Below the pieces are notes generated by a model. The model made no database searches, had not been told where the DNA came from, and saw only the letters and a list, made by a program, of their open reading frames with translations. Both the position numbers and the translations under genes were made by a program. From an uncultured delta proteobacterium (GTDB taxonomy: Bacteria; Myxococcota; Myxococcia; Myxococcales; Myxococcaceae), in NCBI GenBank assembly GCA_963771175.1, contig CAVYSY010000007.1, forward strand, positions 41,782 to 105,781: a DNA stretch of 64,000 nt, written 5' to 3'. The stretch's first letter is position 1, and every line of letters starts with the position of its first letter. This document shows positions 56,989-64,000 of the stretch, one piece after another.

Positions 56989-58632
56989 TCACCCGAGCCC
57001 CAGCGCCTTCATCCGGGCCTTGAGGGTATTGACCGCGATGCCCAGCTCCGCCGCGGTCCGGGTCTTGTTGCCCTGGTGCTTCTCCAGCGCGCTGCGGAGC
57101 TCCTGCTCGGTCAGGTCGCGCGGGCGCTTGCGACCGGGCGCGGACGCCTCCACGACGGTCACCGCCTTCTGCACCGGAGGCGCGACCACCGGGCTCCCGA
57201 AACCGAGCTGCCGCTGCGACAGGTAGCTCTTCACCGCCTCCAGTGTGATGACGGTCCGCCGGTGCTCGATGCCCTCGAGCGAGCGCAGCACCACCTCGCG
57301 CGCCACCACGGCCTTCACCGTGGACTCCAGCTCGCGGATCTGCCCCGGCCAGTCCGCCTCCTGCAGGTACGCGATGGCATCGCTGGTGAGCTCGGCGTCG
57401 TAGCGCTGCTCCGCCTCGAGCCGGTGCAGGAACGTCTCCACCAGATGGGGGATGTCCTCACGCCGCTCCTCCAGCGTGGGCAGCACGATGACATCTCCGG
57501 TGGCGAGCCGCTGCGTCAGGTCCTGCCGCAGCCCCGTCTGGTGCAGCGGCACCTTGGAAGCCGAGATGAGCCGGAAGCGCGGTGGCGGCTCGCGGAAGTC
57601 CGCCGGTGCACCCAGCGGCGCGAAGTTGCCGGTGCCCTCCAGCACGTCGATGAGGAAGTCCTGGGCCAGCGGTGGCAGGAACTCCACCTCGTCCAGGAAG
57701 AGCGTGCCCCCGTTGGCGCTGTAGAGCTTGCCCACCCGCGCCATCGAGGCCCCGGTGTACGCGCCCTTCACGTGCCCGAGCAGCTCGCTGGTGAGCGCCG
57801 CCGTGTCCTGAGGCAGCCGGCCACAGTTGAGGATGACGAAGTTGCCCTGGAGCCGGCCCCGGCTGTGGATCTCCCGCGCGATGAACGTCTTCCCCGTGCC
57901 CGACTTGCCCAGCAGGAACACCGGAAGGTGGTGGCGGGCACACACCTCGATGGAGCGCTCGAGCCGCACGGTGGAAGGAGAGCCCACCTGCCCGGAACGA
58001 GGACCCGCCACCAGCCCATGCGGCACCTCCTCCAAGAGGGTGATGCGGCTCCTGCCATTGCCCAACAGGAGGACGTCACCCGCCTCGACGACCCAGTCCT
58101 TCGAGGCGCTGATCTCCTGGAAGTGCCTGCGCTCGTCGCCGTCGACCTGAACCTCACTGCGCCCCAGGTAGCTGTGGTTGCGCGAGTTGAGATCCCGATA
58201 CACCCACCGGTGATCCTCCCGGAAGGACAGGCGCCCGTGCTGCCTCGACACCGCGTCGTGCGGGAAGACCACGGTGGACTCGGGCGCCCGCCCGAAGACA
58301 TAGGAGCGGTCCGGGTACAGGGGGACGATCAGCTCCCCGGTCCCCTCGCGCCGGACACACAGGGCCTTGGGCTCGCGGTAGGGCACGTCCCCCGAGCCCA
58401 CGGGCGGAGCCTCCTCGATGGCCTGGGATTCGCCCGACGGACCCCTGGGGAGCCGCGACTTGCGCGTTGGGGTGTCGTCCTGGGGTGCCGGCCGCGGTGT
58501 GACGTCGGTGAGCGCCTGCTCGGTGAGCGCCTGAAAGGTCCGGGTCTTCTCGAGTGACGGGCCGCCCGGTGCATCTCCCAACGTCACCTCATTGCCGCCA
58601 ACCTCCAGCTCGTCACCAGCCCTGCTCGTCAT
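56989..58632 (-). CDS. FHA + sigma54 AAA+ activator + Fis-type HTH, paralog 2
   Basis: Same motifs as paralog 1; AAA+ region nearly identical by eye. Confidence 0.93.
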   Translation of the reverse strand: MTSRAGDELEVGGNEVTLGDAPGGPSLEKTRTFQALTEQALTDVTPRPAPQDDTPTRKSRLPRGPSGESQAIEEAPPVGSGDVPYREPKALCVRREGTGELIVPLYPDRSYVFGRAPESTVVFPHDAVSRQHGRLSFREDHRWVYRDLNSRNHSYLGRSEVQVDGDERRHFQEISASKDWVVEAGDVLLLGNGRSRITLLEEVPHGLVAGPRSGQVGSPSTVRLERSIEVCARHHLPVFLLGKSGTGKTFIAREIHSRGRLQGNFVILNCGRLPQDTAALTSELLGHVKGAYTGASMARVGKLYSANGGTLFLDEVEFLPPLAQDFLIDVLEGTGNFAPLGAPADFREPPPRFRLISASKVPLHQTGLRQDLTQRLATGDVIVLPTLEERREDIPHLVETFLHRLEAEQRYDAELTSDAIAYLQEADWPGQIRELESTVKAVVAREVVLRSLEGIEHRRTVITLEAVKSYLSQRQLGFGSPVVAPPVQKAVTVVEASAPGRKRPRDLTEQELRSALEKHQGNKTRTAAELGIAVNTLKARMKALGLG

Positions 58633-58654
58633 CCGGGAGCCCTCGTGCAATTGC

Positions 58655-58680
58655 CGTCAGGATTGATAGCAGCCTTGATG
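58655..58680. promoter_or_regulatory. Second copy of activator-upstream site
   Basis: GTCAGGATTGATAGCAG identical to copy 1; right arm degenerate. Confidence 0.55.
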
Positions 58681-58764
58681 AGCCCATGTCGCTCGGCTCC
58701 GTCCTGATGTCTGCGCGAGACGTAAGTCCCTGAAACCACTCGGGAGCGTCTGTTGGGTAGTCGA

Positions 58765-58780
58765 CGGCACACGCCGTGCT
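58765..58780 (+). promoter_or_regulatory. Sigma54 promoter candidate
   Basis: CGGCACACGCCGTGCT, GG-N10-GC spacing, upstream of the FHA gene. Confidence 0.55.
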
Positions 58781-58835
58781 TTGGCTCGGCTCAGCCGGAT
58801 GGGCCGGCCTTCGTCGCTCCAGGAGACACCACACC

Positions 58836-59183
58836 ATGCTCACCCTCACTGTCGGGCATATCGGGAAGCACAGCAGGACGACGCGGACCCTGGCCACCCG
58901 GGAGCTCACCATCGGCCGCGACGCCGGAAGCGACCTCGTCCTGGAGGATGGGCTCGTCTCGCGGACGCACTGCCGGCTGGTGGCCCTCGAGGGGGCGGTC
59001 CTCGTGACGGACGCGGGCTCGCGCAACGGGACGTGGATCAACGGCAGGCCCATCGACGGGCCCTCGCTGCTGAAGTTCGAGGACGAGCTGGTCATCGGCC
59101 CCTACAAGCTGCGGGTCCAGTCGCTCGTCGGGAGGTGCACGACCGGGCACCTGCAGGGACTCTCGGAGCAGCGGGCGGCCTGA
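58836..59183 (+). CDS. Standalone FHA domain protein
   Basis: IGR...VSRTH...DAGSRNGTWING; AGGAG RBS. Confidence 0.88.
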   Translation: MLTLTVGHIGKHSRTTRTLATRELTIGRDAGSDLVLEDGLVSRTHCRLVALEGAVLVTDAGSRNGTWINGRPIDGPSLLKFEDELVIGPYKLRVQSLVGRCTTGHLQGLSEQRAA

Positions 59184-59199
59184 GCTCGCCCGGACGTCG

Positions 59200-61408
59200 T
59201 CAGGGCGTCAGCTGGCGTCTGCCGGGACACATGCCGAGATTCCGGGCTCGGACCTGAGCGTCCGAGCCCGCGGTGAGCCACTCGCGCACCGCGTCCACCC
59301 GCGCCTGCATCACCGGGCTGTTCGCCGCGTGCTCCAGTCGAGCCGTGTCCTGTGCCGACAGCGCCCAGCTCAGCGGCGCCGTCTCGCTGAACTCGAAGAT
59401 GGCCGTGGTGAAGAAGCACGACTCGCCCGCGTTCAGCTCGTCCTGCACCATGCCCAGCAGCTCGTCGTTGCGGAACGACATGCTCGACTCGCGTGCCCGC
59501 AGCACCGCCTCCACCGGAGATGTCAGCCCGCCCAGCGGACCCCCCGCCCCGTTCCCCGCCTGCAACTTCGTCCGCCGGCCATTGCCCAGGTGGTCGCGAA
59601 TCTGGATGAGCACCACCCCCGAGGTGCACTCGCGCACCCAGTCGCGGTGCGTGTGCAGCCACAGCGCCGCCAGGTCCACCCCGTAGTTGTCGTAGTAGCC
59701 CGCGTCCACCACCCGCACCGGGGGCGAGGTGGGCAGCGCGCTCGCCGGACTCATGTAGGGGAACGACGCGCTCATCCGCGCCGCCGCCGCCACCGAGAAG
59801 GCCGACTGCTTGCGAGGGAAGAGCTGGAAGAGCTGCACACTCGAGACGGACAGCCGCGCCTCCGGGCCCTCCACCGGCTCGTCTCCGAGGCCCTCCATCA
59901 CCAGCGTGCTCGCCCGCGACGACGTCAGCGCCGACAGGTCCAGGTTGCTCACCAGCAGCCGCCGTCCGTCCTCCACCAGCATCGGCGAGTACACCAGCGA
60001 GGGCAGCCAGCCCTGGGACTCGCCCTCGCGCAGCGACGCGAAGGTGCGCGCCATCAGCCCGCCCGTGTGCTGCCCCCAGGCCTGCTCCAGCGCCCGCCCA
60101 CGGCTCTCGCCAAAGGGCAGCAGCAGCGCGATGGCCGCTGGCGACAGGCTGTCCTGCTGCATCATCGTGGCGAGTGACACCCGCTCGCGCGGCGTGCCCC
60201 CGGGCTCCAGCCCCGCCACCCACGTCCCCGCTCCCACCATGCCGCCCGAGGCCCCGGTGACGAGGCGCACGTAGCGGTGGAAGCCTGGGATGCCCTCCGG
60301 GCCCTCCAGCTTCGAGAGCACGTGCGCCGTCCACGCCGCGGCGCGAATGCCACCTCCACTCGTCGCCACCAGTGCCAGCCGAGGCCTCGGCCCCGGCCCG
60401 CAGCGCATCGTCGCAGGTCCCGCCGCGAGCTGTGTCTCTCCCTCGGTGGACCACGCCACGCCCGGAGGAGGCTCCGCCCGCATCCGCGCCAGCCACACGT
60501 CCAGCGCCTCGTTGTCCCCCAGCAGCCCCGCATCGCTCGGGGACGCGAGGCTCGTCCCCGCGTACGTCGGCGGCTGGGGCAGGGACAGCTCGTCATAGAA
60601 GGAGAGGTCCGCACACCCGCGCCCGCCGAACACCCCCAGCGTCCCCATGAGGACGAGTGCCCCCATGTGTCGCTCGGGGAAGAAGAAGCGGATGGCTCCG
60701 TAGACGGCGCCGCACATTCCGATCGCCACGCAGATGACCACGGCGGGCGACACCCACCCGTGGTTCCCGGTAATCGACACGTGCACGGCCACCATCAGGT
60801 AGCCCAGGGCGAAGACGGCCAGCAGCCCGGCCTGAAGCACGTGCAGCACCACCACGTGCGTCGAGCGCTTGCGGAAGAGCGTCACCTCAATGCGCCGCAG
60901 CCAGCGGTGGCGCTTCCGGTCCGCCTCGTACCAGCGCTGCAGCCGCTCGGCGCCGCGCGTGAGCAGCAGCGTCATCCCCAACGCGGCCAGCACGCCAAAG
61001 AGGAAGGCGAAGTGCCGGTCGATGAGGCTCGGCACGCTGAGCACCACCAACCACGCCGGATAGGTGCCCGTGCGGAAGAGGTACCAGCGGAATGGTGGGC
61101 GGCACCCCACCCGGCTTGCCTCGCCGGGGCGCCAGCGCCCACGTCTCGTCCGCGTCGAGCAGGTACCCGATGAAGCACAACTGCCCCAGCAGCATCGCCG
61201 CCATGAAGGCCGCGACGAACGTCACCCGGGGCACGTCGTGGAAGAAGAGGCGCGGCAACCCCATCGCGTCGAACGCGCCCCAGACGAAGCTCACCGGCAA
61301 CACCTGGAGCACGAGCAGCAGCGGGGAGCGACCCAGCCACTCCACCAGCGGACGCAGCGGCTGCGACGTCTCGCCGCGCCACCAGGACTGGACCTGTTCC
61401 AACGCCAT
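59200..61408 (-). CDS. Membrane-anchored patatin-like phospholipase, frameshift near 61095
   Basis: SGGGIRAA, GASGG, SASFP and VDAGY motifs; multi-TM N-terminus split over two frames. Confidence 0.8.
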
Positions 61409-61464
61409 GACCTCAAGCCTGCATCAGAATGGCCCCGCGGCGATAGTCCGGGAATCCTGGGTGT

Positions 61465-61694
61465 TCAGCTTGCTTCACCAGGGACCAGGCAGGCAGGCTC
61501 CGCGTCCGTGCGCCCCCGCGTCGGAGGCAGCGAGCCCTGGAGCCCCGCCGCCGTGACGAGCGCCCCGTAGACGGGCATTCCCACCGCGTCCGTCACGCGC
61601 ACCTCGCAGGCGGCTCCATCCTCCGGCACGCTCAGCGACACCGCGCGCTCCCCATCGCCCTCGCCCAGCACCACCGCCGGGCTCTCGTAGACCT
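61465..61694 (-). pseudogene. Fragment of carboxypeptidase-regulatory-like domain gene
   Basis: VRVTDAVGMPVYGALV...GRTDA; no start, abuts the IS remnant. Confidence 0.5.
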
Positions 61695-62316
61695 CATAGG
61701 GCTGACGGCACCACGCACCTCTTCTTCACCGGGCTGGAACTGTTACGGCGTGTGGCGTCCCTGGTGCCCCCACCCAAGCTGAACCTCACCCGCTTCCATG
61801 GCGTCTTTGCTCCGGGCGCGAAGCTGCGGCCATTTCTGGTCCCCCAAGCGGGAGCGGAGGAGGAGAGCGAGGCGCCCCAGGCAGAGGCGAGGAAGGAAGC
61901 GAGGAAGGAGCGGACAGCGAGAGTGGACCAGGCAGGGCTGCTACAAAGGACCTTCGCGGTGGATGTGTTCGCCTGCGTGAGGTGTGGAGGCAGGCGGCGA
62001 GTGCTGGCGTACTTGAAGGAAGTGGGAGGGGGGCGCGCGATTCTGGAGCACCTGCGTCTGCCCACGGCAGGTGCGAGCCTGGCCGCAGCGCGAGGGCCAC
62101 ATAAGGCCGCGTGGTGTTGAGGCTCGAGCCGCCCCAGCCAACAGAACCCCTGCCGCGCCCCTTCTGGGAGGGCGGCCTGGGCCGGCGTGTACCCCAAGGG
62201 GGCTGCGTGGCCTCTGCACCGGCCGGGCTCACAACTCGGGCGGCCTCCATCAGCGGCCCTCCTCGGCCCCTCGGCTCCTGCCCTCCTCCCTCAACAGTCC
62301 TTCAATCCGTCCTATG
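61695..62316 (+). mobile_element. IS91-like transposase 3' remnant plus downstream end
   Basis: 61704-62120 encodes DGTTHL...LVPPP..NLTRFHGVFAP...LL.RTF.VDVFAC.RCGG; no N-terminus. Confidence 0.8.
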
Positions 62317-63144
62317 CTCCGGCATGGGCGGAGCTGCCGGCGATTCCGGGCGCGAACCAGACGCGGGCGAAGCCGGGGGCGACGGTGCTGATGGACCACC
62401 CGCACATGACGGTGGACGGGAAGAACGCGCCACTGGTGGCGGTGTGGGACTACGGCCGGGGCCGGGCGCTGGTGATGGCGACGGACGCGAGCTGGTACTG
62501 GGCCTTCACGTCGCACAAGCAGGGCTCGCCCAGCCGCACCTATGACCGGTTCTGGGGCAACGCGCTGCGCTGGCTCGTGCGAGCCCCTGACCTGACGACG
62601 CTGAACGTGACGGCGGATCCTCCGTCGGTGGAACCGGGCAAGCCTGTGGGCGTGGTGGTGTCGTCGAGGACGTCGGACTACCAGCCGGCGCAGGACGCGC
62701 AGGTGCGGGTGGAACTGGTGTCGGTGGACACGCAGAAGCCGGTGGCGGTGCAGGTGGGGCAGACGGGGCCGGATGGCGTCGGTGCGGCTGGAGTTCGCGC
62801 CGCCGGCACCGGGCCAGTTACAAGCTGGTGGCCACGGCGAAGAAGGGCGAGACGGACCTGGGCAAGGGCGAGGACGCGGTGGTGGTGCGAGCGGTGGGCC
62901 CGGAACTGTCGGACGCCTCGGTGCGGCCGGAGCTGATGGCGCAGATAGCGAAGCACACCGGAGGCAAGTCATACCGACTGCCGATGGACGGGCTGCCGGA
63001 TGACGTGCCGCTGTTGGATCCACCGGTGGTGGAGGTGGGCCGGGCGAAGGACAAGCCGTTGTGGGACCGCTGGTACTCCTGCTGGCGCTGGTGGGCCTGC
63101 TGGGCGCCGAGTGGTTCCTGCGCCGCCGTTTCGGCTACGTATAG
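62317..63144 (+). pseudogene. C-terminal fragment of class I glutamine amidotransferase-like (DUF1355-type) membrane protein
   Basis: PLVAVWDYGRGR...WYW...FWGNALRWL; ends AEWFLRRRFG; two frameshifts; 5' part absent. Confidence 0.7.
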
Positions 63145-63277
63145 CCCACCGCTTGCCCCTGAGGGTGGCATGCGGCCCCCTCCCTCCTCCTTCGGCACCT
63201 TTGCTGAAGGGATTAGTGCAGTCTCGCCCGGCGGGCTGCATACACTCAACGAAGCCCGAAGCATTGTACGCGTGCAG

Positions 63278-63564
63278 TCAGGGCTTTGTTTCTTCCATCC
63301 CTGGTTCTCCGTGTCGAACTCGCCACGAACGTTTCGGCTCTCCAACCGATCGGTTTTCTCGAGCAACCCGAGCCGCGCGAGCGCACGGCCAATCTCGGCA
63401 TGCGTGGCCATGATGGGATCCTTCAACTGCTCACGCGAGTACAACTCATGCACATAGAGCCGGGGCCAAGTCCGCATGATGTGGCGGATGACATCATGGG
63501 AGTCGAATTGGTCCGGCATGGCCTGTACAGACGACCGGAGCATTTCCTCGGTAATGTGATTCAC
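63278..63564 (-). CDS. Hypothetical protein of about 95 aa; 3' end uncertain
   Basis: AAGGA RBS, GTGA overlap with DUF559; tracked ORF runs on into the opposite gene after ...WKKQSP. Confidence 0.5.
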
Positions 63565-63947
63565 TTGAGTTCCTTTATTGCGCTGCGGATCTCACGAACA
63601 GCTCGCTTCGGAGACTCGAGAACCTCCTCATTCGAGAACCTCAGCACCTTGACTCCCAACTGCTCGATATGCCATTCGCGAATGGCATCATCCTTATTCT
63701 TGAATTGATGAATGGGACCATCAATCTCCACGACCAGCTCCAATTCCTGGCAATAAAAATCAACCCTGTAGTTACGGCCATTAATATTGAAGCAATGCTG
63801 ACGCCAGAAGACAACACCGAGCTGCTTGTTCGAAAGCAACTCCCAGAGAGCAGCCTCTGCTTCAGTGGGATTCTCCCTGCTCTCTTGCGCCAGCTCCTTC
63901 ATGTAATCAGGGACATCGCCTTCCCCTGACTTTCTCCTTGGGGGCAT
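63561..63947 (-). CDS. DUF559/Vsr-like endonuclease domain protein
   Basis: TEAEAALW, F.RQH, YRVDFYC, EIDG..H and VLRFSN motifs. Confidence 0.9.
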   Translation of the reverse strand: MPPRRKSGEGDVPDYMKELAQESRENPTEAEAALWELLSNKQLGVVFWRQHCFNINGRNYRVDFYCQELELVVEIDGPIHQFKNKDDAIREWHIEQLGVKVLRFSNEEVLESPKRAVREIRSAIKELK

Positions 63948-64000
63948 GGATTCCTCGATTGGTGTGCGTCCAGCGCAAGATTACGCCGTTTCCATCGATA

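Overview
High-GC (about 70%) myxobacterial chromosome segment; gene families and repeats resemble Archangium/Cystobacter/Myxococcus (inference). It carries housekeeping genes (glpK, dapE, dapD, kup, mreB, panD, an M1 aminopeptidase), three transporter clusters and two LysR-linked aldehyde/alcohol detox units. The right end is accessory: duplicated FHA-sigma54 activators, an FGE-like protein, a membrane patatin, an IS91-like remnant and a DUF559 gene. Many genes, including mreB and panD, carry single-base insertions that look like assembly errors rather than true pseudogenes. Highlights missed by the ORF track: (1) a 77-aa SelW/Rdx-like probable selenoprotein (C-S-G-UGA) with a SECIS-like hairpin at 18927-19160; (2) an unnamed, + strand-specific structured RNA of about 190 nt between kup and a Gcr-family membrane protein; (3) a 115-bp promoter duplicated in inverted orientation around a LysR gene; (4) two palindromic repeat families, one a 3x41-bp array with a compensatory change; (5) a duplicated FHA-activator/sigma54-promoter cassette. 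No rRNA, tRNA or CRISPR array was recognised.
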